Shown here in pieces: positions 19,543-28,141 of a DNA stretch of 64,000 bases. The position numbers were made by a program, and so were the translations under genes. The DNA is taken from assembly GCA_900542055.1 (NCBI GenBank), contig UQMA01000003.1, forward strand, positions 763 to 64,762, written 5' to 3'. Within the stretch, counting starts at the first letter, position 1; each line of letters starts with the position of its first letter. Below the pieces are notes generated by a model, which had not been told where the DNA came from, did not search any database, and saw nothing but the letters and a program-made list of their open reading frames with translations. This stretch comes from an uncultured Azospirillum sp. (lineage in GTDB: Bacteria; Pseudomonadota; Alphaproteobacteria; RF32; CAG-239).

Positions 19543-20121
19543 ATGAAACCGCTGAAATCTTCCCTTTTTAATATGATTACGGCTATGCTGGTTGTTTCAA
19601 TCTGTTCGGCAACGGCTATCGGATATGTTTATCAACTGACTGAAAAACCAATAGCCGTTTCAAAAAAACAAAAAACTTTGAATGCCATAAAGGAAATGGT
19701 CGGAAATTTTAACAATAACCCTTTTGAAGAAAAAACACTGCTTTCTGACGGGCAAACCGAATTATACCCTGCCCGACAAGACGGAATTATAACCGCAGTT
19801 GCCATAAAAACATACAGCAAAAACGGCTTTGGCGGAAAAATTGAATTAATCGTCGGAATTTCAATAGACGGAACATTGAACGGCTATAAAATAATCGAAC
19901 AAAACGAAACCCCAGGGCTGGGTTCTAAAATCACGGAAAATAAATTTAAAAATCAATTTTACGGACTGAACGCCCATAACGACAATAATCTTGAACTAAG
20001 CAAAGACGGCGGCGAAATTGATGCCATAACCGGCGCTACAATCAGTTCCCGTGCAGTGGTCGAAGCTGTAAAAAAAGCTATGGAAGCTTATAATCGTTTT
20101 GTAGGAGCTCAAAATGAATAA
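19543..20121 (+). CDS. rnfG: Rnf complex subunit G (FMN-binding)
   Basis: 192 aa. N-terminal anchor, ETPGLG and the flavinylation motif ITGATISS. Confidence 0.9.
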   Translation: MKPLKSSLFNMITAMLVVSICSATAIGYVYQLTEKPIAVSKKQKTLNAIKEMVGNFNNNPFEEKTLLSDGQTELYPARQDGIITAVAIKTYSKNGFGGKIELIVGISIDGTLNGYKIIEQNETPGLGSKITENKFKNQFYGLNAHNDNNLELSKDGGEIDAITGATISSRAVVEAVKKAMEAYNRFVGAQNE

Positions 20122-20713
20122 CCAAAGTTTGAACAATTTTACCAAAGGAATTTTTAAAGAAAATCCCGTTTTTGTTATGATGCTCGGCATGTGTCCGACT
20201 TTGGGCGTTACAACCTCAATGTCAAACGGCATCGGCATGGGATTGGCCACGCTGTTTGTGCTGATTATGTCAAATCTTGCCATTTCGCTCGTAAAAAACT
20301 TAATTCCCGCAATGGTAAGAATCCCCTGCTATATTGTAATCATTGCTTCTTTTGTCACCATTATCAGCCTGCTTATGGAAGCCTATTTGCCCGAAATACA
20401 CGCCAAACTTGGAATTTATATTCCGTTGATTGTCGTTAACTGCATTATTTTGGGGCGCGCCGAAGCTTTTGCTTCCAAAAACGGACTTTGGCAATCTTTT
20501 CTTGACGCTTTAGGCATGGGAATAGGTTTTACTTTTGCCTTATCGCTGCTTGGAGCCATTCGTGAAATTTTAGGCGCTGGTTCTATTATGGGGTGGAATT
20601 TTATCGGCGACAGCGGCTATCCCGTATTGTTGTTTATTATGCCTCCGGGAGCTTTTTTAGCTTTAGCCGGATTAATTATGTTTTTCAATAAAGTCACCGG
20701 AGCAAACAAATGA
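20114..20713 (+). CDS. rnfE: Rnf complex subunit E
   Basis: 199 aa polytopic, NqrD/RnfE-like (NPVFVMMLGMCPTLGVTT). Overlaps rnfG by 8 nt. Confidence 0.9.
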   Translation: MNNQSLNNFTKGIFKENPVFVMMLGMCPTLGVTTSMSNGIGMGLATLFVLIMSNLAISLVKNLIPAMVRIPCYIVIIASFVTIISLLMEAYLPEIHAKLGIYIPLIVVNCIILGRAEAFASKNGLWQSFLDALGMGIGFTFALSLLGAIREILGAGSIMGWNFIGDSGYPVLLFIMPPGAFLALAGLIMFFNKVTGANK

Positions 20714-21291
20714 ATTTGACAATGCTTTTTATCTCGGCCATTTTAGTAAACAACATTATTCTTTCGCAATTTCTTGGAATATGCCCTTTTCTCGGCGTTT
20801 CAAAAAAAATATCGACTGCTGCCGGCATGGGATTGGCTGTAATGTTTGTTATGACATTGTCAGGAATAGCCACCTGGCTGGTCTATTATAAACTGCTGGT
20901 TCCTCATCATCTTGAGTTTATGAACACGGTTGTATTTATTTTGGTTATTGCCTCATTGGTGCAAATGGTCGAAATCATCATAAAAAAATCATCACCGGCT
21001 CTCTATCAGGCATTAGGAATTTACTTGCCGCTAATCACCACCAATTGCGCGGTTTTGGGTATTGCCATTTTATCCATACAAAAAGAATACAACCTGATTT
21101 ATGCCGTATGTTTCAATTTGGCAAACGCTATGGGATTCACTCTGGCTATTGTCTTGTTTGCCGGAATGCGCGAACGCATTAACGCTTCTGCGTCCTGCTT
21201 GCCCAAAGCCGTGCGGGGAGCTCCGATTGTATTGATTACCGCTGCTTTGCTTTCATTGGCATTTATGGGATTTTCGGGCATCGGAAGATAA
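20710..21291 (+). CDS. rnfA: Rnf complex subunit A
   Basis: 193 aa polytopic, NqrE/RnfA-like (NNIILSQFLGICPFLGVS). 4-nt overlap with rnfE. Confidence 0.9.
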   Translation: MNLTMLFISAILVNNIILSQFLGICPFLGVSKKISTAAGMGLAVMFVMTLSGIATWLVYYKLLVPHHLEFMNTVVFILVIASLVQMVEIIIKKSSPALYQALGIYLPLITTNCAVLGIAILSIQKEYNLIYAVCFNLANAMGFTLAIVLFAGMRERINASASCLPKAVRGAPIVLITAALLSLAFMGFSGIGR

Positions 21292-21304
21292 CTCAGGCTT
21301 CAAA

Positions 21305-21331
21305 ATCTCCTCAAAATGAGGAGATTTTTTT
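21305..21331. terminator. bidirectional intrinsic terminator between rnfA and res
   Basis: ATCTCCTC-AAAAT-GAGGAGAT perfect 8-bp hairpin flanked by an A-run and a T-run, between convergent genes. Confidence 0.8.
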
Positions 21332-23555
21332 ATATCTGCACTTCTGATAAAGTTTTAAGCAAATCACTTGCATTCAAAGCATTCAGCTCATTTGTAAAAC
21401 GCTTTTTATCATAAAATACGGTATTTCTGATTGTATTTTTATCATCAACCTGCCAAACGGCTATCGCTAAATTTGGTAAAAACAAATTTTCTTCCAAATT
21501 GTCAAAATAATCGGCATAAGCTTTTTTGAGCTGTTCGGTCTTGTTAGGATTAATATCTTTTATTCCCTTAACTTCTATATAAAGCAAAAAATTGTTTTTG
21601 AATTTGATAATAAAATCGAAATAACTCTTTTTGACATTGAAAACATCATCTATATATTCGCCGAAAATTGTTGATGTCGGCTGATTTTTCGCCCAAATTT
21701 TAATTTTATCGCTATCCTCGGCAAACTTATAAATCAAATTAAAAACCGCGCGCTCAGGATTTGAGTCCAAAGGCTGACGGTTGCCGTCAATCATATCGTC
21801 TTTGTTTATATCAAACAAATATTCTCTTGAAACACGTTCATCGAGCACACTTTTATCATACAGCTGCACATACGATTTAGGGTCATAGCGCTGCTCGCTG
21901 ATTTTATAAACAGGCTTCATATTTCTGGATTGTGACAATATTTGGCTTAAATCAGATTTAAATTGCAAAAACAAACGATTAAAAACAAATTCTTCTTGTA
22001 TTTTCTCTTGTTTGCAAAAATTGACAACTTCCGTTTTAATAACATCATACAGTCGGCTGTTAGATGCCAGCAGCCTTTTATAATCACGCAAAAAAATAAA
22101 AGGATTTGTGACCAGCGCATAAATTTCATTGCCTCCGGCTTTGCTTAAAATTCTTTTGTACGCGGTATGATTGTCAATAAAAACATCATCTATCGCTTGT
22201 TTGATATAATTTTTGTTTTTATTCAGCCATTTTTTCAAATTTTCACAAAATTCTTTAGATGAAACAGAATGTTCAATGCTTTTTCGGTTTGCAATATCAA
22301 TTGATAAAAACGTTTCGCTGCAATGCTTGTCCTTAACCGTTGAAACATACATTTTAGCGCAGTTGTCATCGGCATTCTCCGCATTTGAATAAACATAATA
22401 TTTGTCGGTTACGGGATTTTTTTCCAAATTAGGATAAGGATTGCGTTTAATTCTGCCTATGGTTTGAATATTTAAGGCCTGTGAAGAAACTTTGCGCAGC
22501 TGCACCAACATACAGGCGCGCGGAATATCCCAACCGGTTGACGGACCTATTTTGAAAATAACCGCATCTATATCGCTGTTGTTTTGGGTTATATCGTCCA
22601 AACTGAAATCACTTAGATAAACTCTGTCCGAATTTTTGTCGCCATTGCCGAAATATTGCGCCCAAGAGATATTGTGAATTTGCAAAACCTTCTTTATTCT
22701 GTTTAGATTTTCAGCAAATTCCAATGCTTTAACTTTATCGCTCGCCGAATCATTATCAACCTGAATAAGCATTGCCGGACGGATACCGACATTTAATTCT
22801 GCATATTCTCGCTTTATATTCTTAAATTTGGCAACAGCGTCTTCTAAAACTTCATCATCTTTCAAATCTTTATTCAACAAAGGAACAGCCCTTGTTTTTA
22901 ACAAATATTTCCCATCGTTCAAAACAGGATTGTTCAATTCGCTTTCTTTCAGTTCCACGCGGTTGGGATTACTCTTGTCAGGAGTTGCCGTCATTTTCAG
23001 CAAAAAAGAAGCATTTTCGCTCATCAATTTTTCAAAATTTTGCGAATAGTTGCTGTTATCGGCTTTTTCTCCGCCGATATGCGCTTCATCTCTGATGTAT
23101 ATAAGTTTATATCCCTTATCAACCGCCGACAAAACAAAATCATCAATAATACCGCATTCCGACAAAATCCGTCCTTTACCGAAAGAGGCTTTGCCAAATA
23201 TATAAACCTTGTTTTGTTGCGGTATAATTTTATTTATGCTTTCAATTTTATCGCTCTTTGACAAAGACGGCGACTGCACATACTCAACCTCAAATTTTGA
23301 AAAAGGCAAATCAACTTTATATTTATTAATTTTCTGTTCAAAGAAAAACGGCAAAGAAGATGATGACGGCGTTGCAATAACAAAAACAAATTTCTCGCCG
23401 TTATTATTCTCTATCATTTTTGATATAAAATACGAAGCCATCAAAGTTTTGCCGGAACCAGTAGGCGCCTTAAACTCGCAAAACACTTTTTGACAAGGAT
23501 TATACAAATCCAATATTGCTTCAACCGTTGTTTTTTGCAGAGAAGTCAGTTCCAT
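21330..23555 (-). CDS. res: Type III restriction enzyme, Res subunit (SF2 helicase + C-terminal nuclease)
   Basis: 741 aa. Helicase motif I APTGSGKT, motif II IRDEAH, QTIGRIKR-like motif VI. C-terminal D-x(n)-EVK (FDFIIKFKNNFLLYIEVKG) is PD-(D/E)xK-like. Lies 3 nt downstream of mod. Confidence 0.9.
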   Translation of the reverse strand: MELTSLQKTTVEAILDLYNPCQKVFCEFKAPTGSGKTLMASYFISKMIENNNGEKFVFVIATPSSSSLPFFFEQKINKYKVDLPFSKFEVEYVQSPSLSKSDKIESINKIIPQQNKVYIFGKASFGKGRILSECGIIDDFVLSAVDKGYKLIYIRDEAHIGGEKADNSNYSQNFEKLMSENASFLLKMTATPDKSNPNRVELKESELNNPVLNDGKYLLKTRAVPLLNKDLKDDEVLEDAVAKFKNIKREYAELNVGIRPAMLIQVDNDSASDKVKALEFAENLNRIKKVLQIHNISWAQYFGNGDKNSDRVYLSDFSLDDITQNNSDIDAVIFKIGPSTGWDIPRACMLVQLRKVSSQALNIQTIGRIKRNPYPNLEKNPVTDKYYVYSNAENADDNCAKMYVSTVKDKHCSETFLSIDIANRKSIEHSVSSKEFCENLKKWLNKNKNYIKQAIDDVFIDNHTAYKRILSKAGGNEIYALVTNPFIFLRDYKRLLASNSRLYDVIKTEVVNFCKQEKIQEEFVFNRLFLQFKSDLSQILSQSRNMKPVYKISEQRYDPKSYVQLYDKSVLDERVSREYLFDINKDDMIDGNRQPLDSNPERAVFNLIYKFAEDSDKIKIWAKNQPTSTIFGEYIDDVFNVKKSYFDFIIKFKNNFLLYIEVKGIKDINPNKTEQLKKAYADYFDNLEENLFLPNLAIAVWQVDDKNTIRNTVFYDKKRFTNELNALNASDLLKTLSEVQI

Positions 23556-23558
23556 TGT

Positions 23559-25196
23559 TTAGTCCTCTTGTTTGTACGGACACAATGCCGACAACTCGTT
23601 ATAAACGTCAAAATCATTTGAATAATCGTAATTTTCGTTTATTTTTTCAAACTCTTTCTTGGCAAACTCTTTGATTTTTTCCGCTTTATCCAAATCATTC
23701 AAAGTCAGAGGCTCATACTCAAGCTTAAAAACCCTAACACTGTTATCAGACAGATAAGCTTTGTCTTTACTGTAAGTCCATTCAAAACTTTCTCCTTTGC
23801 TGCCTTTTCCGGTAATAACCCGATAAAGCCTTTCTCGGGTTATGTTTTCGCCGATACCGTTTTCATTATTCGTAACCAAAATAAACTTGCGTTTTCCTCC
23901 ATCTTCGGCATTCAGCTCCATAACCGCCTGCCCTGTTGTTCCCGAACCGGCAAAAAAGTCTAACACTGTGGCGTTTGGATTATTTAAAAAAATAGATAAT
24001 AAATATTTAATCAATGGCACAGGTTTTGGATATTCAAACACTTTATTTCCACTAAATATCAGTTTTAATTCTAATCCACCTATTTCTGTTCTACCTATAT
24101 CTGCGTTTATTATACTAAAAGGTAACTTTCCTTTTTCCTCAAAATCATAAACTTTTTTATGCAATTTCCATTCGTCTGATATTTTTTTTACAGACAATTT
24201 ATCGCGTTTAGCTATCATCGTTTCCCGACTCCAAGTCCAACGCCCCAAAACACCAGCTGTCTGAAATGGAATTATTTTTACATATCCATATTGATTGTTA
24301 TACTCCTTATCAATCAATATATCCTTATTTTCAGGATTGTAATAAACTGGAAAATGCAAACTAGGAACATCTTCTTTTTTGCCTCCAATACCTCTCTTCC
24401 ATAATCTTTCAACATAATATTTTCCTATATTGTCTTCTTCTTTATACCTACTTTTAATTTCTTCTAATGACCTTTTTTGAACTAACTTAACATTTGCATA
24501 TATTTTTGCATAACATAAACAATAAGAGTGTTGGACAGAAATATTTACAGAACTTTGAGTACCGGCAGGAGCTGAAACAACAATAAGATTCCCCACAAAA
24601 TTATTTTCGCCGAATATCGTATCGCACAGCACTTTTAAATAAGCTTGTTCAGAGTCGTCTATAGAAATAAAAATCACTCCGTTATCGCTTAGCAAACGGC
24701 GCGCCATTTTCAACCGCTCGTTCATCAAATTCAGCCAGCCATCACGGGTAAATTTATCCCGATAGACAAATTTTGAGGCTTTTACTTCCTCTTTATAGTC
24801 ATTTCCGTCTTTTTGAGTAGATTCAGTGTTGTAAGGCGGATCAATATATATAATATCAATAAGCCCTTTGCCGTTTTTATCTATATAAGCAGCGCACAGA
24901 TTCTTCAAAGCGTCATAATTTTCGCCGATAATCAGTTTATGCTCCAAACGGTTTAGCTCATTAACCGCAATATTCAACTTTGTGTTTTCTTTAACAGTAA
25001 CCACACAGTTATGATTGACTTCAGGCGCTTCATCAAACACAAAACCGGTTTTTACCCTTTGCGTAATAAAGCCATAAACTTCATCCAAATCTTTTTCAGG
25101 CACTGTTTTCAAAATTTCTTTGGCAAGCTGTTTTTGCTCTTTATTATAAGAAGAATCTGGTATTTTATCTATTTTAGCCAAATAATCATCACGCAT
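23559..25196 (-). CDS. mod: Type III DNA methyltransferase, Mod subunit (beta-class N6A/N4C MTase)
   Basis: Start moved from the track TTG 25259 to the ATG at 25196 (AGGGGAAG upstream), because the extension runs through an intrinsic terminator. Motif IV IYIDPPYNT precedes motif I FFAGSGTTGQAV, the beta-class order typical of Type III Mod. Confidence 0.9.
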   Translation of the reverse strand: MRDDYLAKIDKIPDSSYNKEQKQLAKEILKTVPEKDLDEVYGFITQRVKTGFVFDEAPEVNHNCVVTVKENTKLNIAVNELNRLEHKLIIGENYDALKNLCAAYIDKNGKGLIDIIYIDPPYNTESTQKDGNDYKEEVKASKFVYRDKFTRDGWLNLMNERLKMARRLLSDNGVIFISIDDSEQAYLKVLCDTIFGENNFVGNLIVVSAPAGTQSSVNISVQHSYCLCYAKIYANVKLVQKRSLEEIKSRYKEEDNIGKYYVERLWKRGIGGKKEDVPSLHFPVYYNPENKDILIDKEYNNQYGYVKIIPFQTAGVLGRWTWSRETMIAKRDKLSVKKISDEWKLHKKVYDFEEKGKLPFSIINADIGRTEIGGLELKLIFSGNKVFEYPKPVPLIKYLLSIFLNNPNATVLDFFAGSGTTGQAVMELNAEDGGKRKFILVTNNENGIGENITRERLYRVITGKGSKGESFEWTYSKDKAYLSDNSVRVFKLEYEPLTLNDLDKAEKIKEFAKKEFEKINENYDYSNDFDVYNELSALCPYKQED

Positions 25197-25220
25197 AGCA
25201 ACTTCCCCTGTTTCTGCAAT

Positions 25221-25243
25221 AAAAAAACCACCTGTCAAGGTGG
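25221..25243 (-). terminator. intrinsic terminator about 25 nt upstream of the mod start codon
   Basis: Minus strand reads CCACCU-UGAC-AGGUGG followed by UUUUUUU. Located between a promoter-like element (25501-25529) and the mod RBS. Confidence 0.6.
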
Positions 25244-25500
25244 CCGGGGAATTGAACAATCATACATTATCAGATGACCTAATAGCTTTTAAAACCACGC
25301 TTTATAAAAAGAGCGGTTTCTGGACATAGGCTAAAAGTTCCCCGACCATATTGCTACAATCGGGGATATATTTATTGTTATCCTGACTAACAGATAACAA
25401 TTTGACGATGTTACACCCTAACACCGGATAATGTAAGAGCTGTTCAAGGCTCCGCCCCCTCTCAGGAACTGACTTATGCCCTTTGCATAAGCTTGCTCAA

Positions 25501-25529
25501 ACTTTACAAAAAAGCCGCAGCAATGTCAA
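25501..25529 (-). promoter_or_regulatory. sigma70-type promoter (TTGACA-17 nt-TAAAGT) driving a ~300-nt leader towards mod
   Basis: Minus strand reads TTGACA (25529-25524), 17-nt spacer, TAAAGT (25506-25501). No other convincing promoter lies between here and mod. Confidence 0.5.
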
Positions 25530-25555
25530 TAACTTCTGGAACTGATAAAAACAAC

Positions 25556-25590
25556 AAAAAAGCCCCGAATGTCTGGTGACAAAACGGGGC
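25556..25590 (-). terminator. intrinsic terminator of an unassigned minus-strand transcript
   Basis: Minus strand reads GCCCCG...CGGGGC (6-bp GC stem with an inner GUC/GAC extension) followed by UUUUUU. No ORF of 60 aa or more upstream of it. Confidence 0.55.
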
Positions 25591-25892
25591 TAAATGCAGC
25601 TGCAATTTATAAAATAAAAAACAAACTGAGCAACTTTATGAGACCTTAACAAAAATATGCAAGGGATACTCGTCAGTTGCTTACACTACACTAGAACGAT
25701 ACAACACAAATTTAATTGTACTGCAAAGGTTCTGCTCTAATTTTAGGGAGTCCGACAATCATAATAAAAATTTTTTGGTTAATAATTCTTATATGTTATT
25801 AGGCCTTCCTCGATTTCTTATAATCATAATTAAATAATTTATAGTGTATTTATATGTATAGCACATATATATTTTTTGTCAATATTTTTTAC

Positions 25893-25929
25893 AAAAAAAC
25901 TTCCGTTTTTTTACAAACGGAAGTTTTTT
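25893..25929. terminator. bidirectional intrinsic terminator downstream of gene 25953-26765
   Basis: CTTCCGTTT / AAACGGAAG 9-bp hairpin flanked by an A7 run and a T6 run. Confidence 0.75.
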
Positions 25930-25952
25930 CTGCAATCAGCACAAAACAAAAA

Positions 25953-26765
25953 TTAGAAAATGCCTTTCAATAAGCCCTGCGCTTCTTCTTTTAAACCGTC
26001 TTTCAAACCGTTTGCCGTATCGTTAACAGCTTTAATTCCGTCTGCGGCAACATCTTTAAGACCGCCTAATCCTTGATTGATAACCGTGTCATAAGATGTG
26101 CTCAAAATCTTTTTCAAAATGATGGTAACAGTTTCAACAATTCCCTTGCCTTCTGATGCTTTTTCACGGCCGATGCCTTTCAATTCGATATTCGGCAGAG
26201 GAATACCGGCTGAAGCCCCTTGTCCGGCAATGGAAGCAGCAATGTCAATTTGACCATTATTTACATTAACCAAATCAACAGCAACTTTTTTGCCTGAAGA
26301 AGATTTTTCGTTTTTAGCCGGAGTTTTTTCGGCTTTGGTTTGGGTTGAGGTTGAAGAGGCTGTGTTTTTATTGATATTAGCCAGCAAATCAGAAACGTTG
26401 TTATTAGTTACATTCTTCAATTCGTATGTAACCTCGGGTTTGCTTATGCGAACTTTTTCTACAACGATTAAAGGCTTGGTTAAAGATTTGAGATTAACTT
26501 TAACATAAACTTCACCCAAACTCAAAATATAAGGCTGAGCATAACCTTTAGGGTTGGCAACCGTCAAGTTGCTCAATTTTACTTCGCCGTTCAGAGGCGA
26601 CAGATAAAATCCGCCGAGTTTAACATCTGTTCCGGTAACTTGACTGCCGTATTTATGAACAGCATCTTTAACAATGGTTTCCAAATTGTGTGATACATAA
26701 TAAACGCCGCCGGCAATTGCTCCTAAAACAACCGCCAAAGCGATATATCTTTTTTTGATTTTCAT
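25953..26765 (-). CDS. membrane-anchored hypothetical protein (AsmA/DUF748-like by general appearance)
   Basis: 270 aa. N-terminal TM (YIALAVVLGAIAGGVYYV), beta-rich repeats of the form V.L..L.V.NP.GY, low-complexity S/T/K linker. The family assignment is tentative. Confidence 0.45.
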   Translation of the reverse strand: MKIKKRYIALAVVLGAIAGGVYYVSHNLETIVKDAVHKYGSQVTGTDVKLGGFYLSPLNGEVKLSNLTVANPKGYAQPYILSLGEVYVKVNLKSLTKPLIVVEKVRISKPEVTYELKNVTNNNVSDLLANINKNTASSTSTQTKAEKTPAKNEKSSSGKKVAVDLVNVNNGQIDIAASIAGQGASAGIPLPNIELKGIGREKASEGKGIVETVTIILKKILSTSYDTVINQGLGGLKDVAADGIKAVNDTANGLKDGLKEEAQGLLKGIF

Positions 26766-26889
26766 TTGAACCTCGTTTATATAGTTGATAACTGAATACT
26801 GTTATAAATAAATTTCATTTTTTTTCAACATTATATTTACTTGGCAACAAGCGAATTTGTGATATACTCAATCAACAAGGAGAAAAGCC

Positions 26890-27357
26890 ATGGATTTTTA
26901 TTATGGAAAACAGCAATTACGCAAATTATTTATTTTCAGCGCCACAATCTTTTGTTTTGCACTGGTTGGAGCGCTGATTATCGGAATTCAAACTTTTTCG
27001 GGAACTTTGCTGCTCTGTTTTCCTTTTTTGTTTGTGGCTGCGTCTTTATTTGTTTATATTTTTCCGCCCAGATTGGCAAGAATCGACAGCCGCTCAATTC
27101 AAATTGATCGCGCTGTTCCGTTGCTGTGGTGCGATGTAGTCCGCGCACGTTTAACCTATTCAAGCTGTTTAAAATTACGTCAAATCATTGTTTTTGAATT
27201 AAAACCGCGAGTTGTTTATCCGCTTACATTTATGCAAAAAATTTGCAAATACAGCCGTTTTACACCTTTTTCCATTCCGTTGTACGCTATGGAAAGCGGT
27301 GAACAAAAAGCAATATGCGATGAAATCAGCAAATATTGCAAATTGGAAAAAAACTAA
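26890..27357 (+). CDS. hypothetical membrane protein (two TM helices + soluble C-terminal domain)
   Basis: 155 aa. AGGAGA RBS upstream of the ATG at 26890. Two hydrophobic helices. No recognisable motif. Confidence 0.55.
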   Translation: MDFYYGKQQLRKLFIFSATIFCFALVGALIIGIQTFSGTLLLCFPFLFVAASLFVYIFPPRLARIDSRSIQIDRAVPLLWCDVVRARLTYSSCLKLRQIIVFELKPRVVYPLTFMQKICKYSRFTPFSIPLYAMESGEQKAICDEISKYCKLEKN

Positions 27358-27971
27358 TCAATCAAATTTATCCAGTGGATTATTTTATTTTCAACCGCTT
27401 GATCATATTTTTCGGGCAAATTGTTAAATGAAGCCGACCTCCGCAGTTTGGCATTACGCGCCATACGGTTAAAATCAACAAAAAAGCTGCCGTAATTGCT
27501 CCCCTGAGTAGAAAAAGGAACAACTTTGCGAGCGGCAAAATCAGCTTTTTGCAAAAATGTCAACAAAGGAGCCGCCGGAGCATACCACCAAACCGGTCCG
27601 CCGACAAAAATTGTATCATACGCTGAAAAATCAGGCAATTTTTCAGCCAGTTCAGGATATTTTTCTTCCACAAGCCATTTTTTTGCCTGCATATAAAATC
27701 CGGCCGAAGATTTTATGGGTTCAGCGGTTTTGATTTCATATATATCGGCATTTGTCAATTTTGCGATTTGCTCGGCTATTTTTTTCGTGTGACCGGACAG
27801 AGAATAATAAACAACCAAAGTTTTTTCCGTTTTGGCTTTAAGTTCAGTCGGAGCTGCATATTTTGACATTTCATAAGCATTGCGCTGCGAAACACGATAA
27901 AGATGAACACAAGTGCCCAAAACAACCAATAATGCCACTATTGCCAAAACCGAAATGGTAATTTTTAACAT
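27354..27971 (-). CDS. membrane-anchored flavodoxin-family protein
   Basis: 205 aa. N-terminal TM helix, then LVVYYSLSGHTKKIAEQIA (flavodoxin FMN-loop signature) and FVGGPVWW. Confidence 0.7.
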   Translation of the reverse strand: MLKITISVLAIVALLVVLGTCVHLYRVSQRNAYEMSKYAAPTELKAKTEKTLVVYYSLSGHTKKIAEQIAKLTNADIYEIKTAEPIKSSAGFYMQAKKWLVEEKYPELAEKLPDFSAYDTIFVGGPVWWYAPAAPLLTFLQKADFAARKVVPFSTQGSNYGSFFVDFNRMARNAKLRRSASFNNLPEKYDQAVENKIIHWINLID

Positions 27972-28141
27972 ACTCTATCCTTTCTTTTTCTTTAATCTTA
28001 ATAATTTTCAATATAGCGGCAATAACACAAAAATCAATTATCAGTCCTAACTTATAAAACAAAAATCTTGAAAACAAATATAAATTACCGCATAATAATA
28101 CAAATTGTTATTTTTATGTTTTACTCATCAAATTATTTTAT

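Noticed and set aside
24182-24189. Phase-variable simple repeat in mod (phasevarion)
   Set aside because: Only a single A8/T8 run lies inside the coding region. There are no tetra- or penta-nucleotide repeats and no long homopolymer near the 5' end.
25197-25259. N-terminal extension of mod from a TTG start (track ORF 23559-25259)
   Set aside because: The extension would be translated straight through a hairpin plus U7 terminator and has no RBS. The ATG at 25196 has AGGGGAAG upstream and starts a sensible MRDDYLAKI N-terminus.
25235-25275. tRNA-like/tmRNA 3' end suggested by GTTCAATTCCCCGG on the minus strand, and the idea of a two-piece alphaproteobacterial tmRNA in the 25.2-25.9 kb gap
   Set aside because: No complementary T-stem 5' arm. 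No acceptor stem or CCA in register. No tag-like reading frame ending in ...AA-stop anywhere in the gap. The CCACCT/AGGTGG element is better explained as a terminator.
25260-25340. SAM-II-type riboswitch (AAAGC repeats) controlling the methyltransferase
   Set aside because: An attractive idea, but I cannot reproduce the SAM-II consensus or pseudoknot from the sequence with any confidence. It is left to an Rfam scan.
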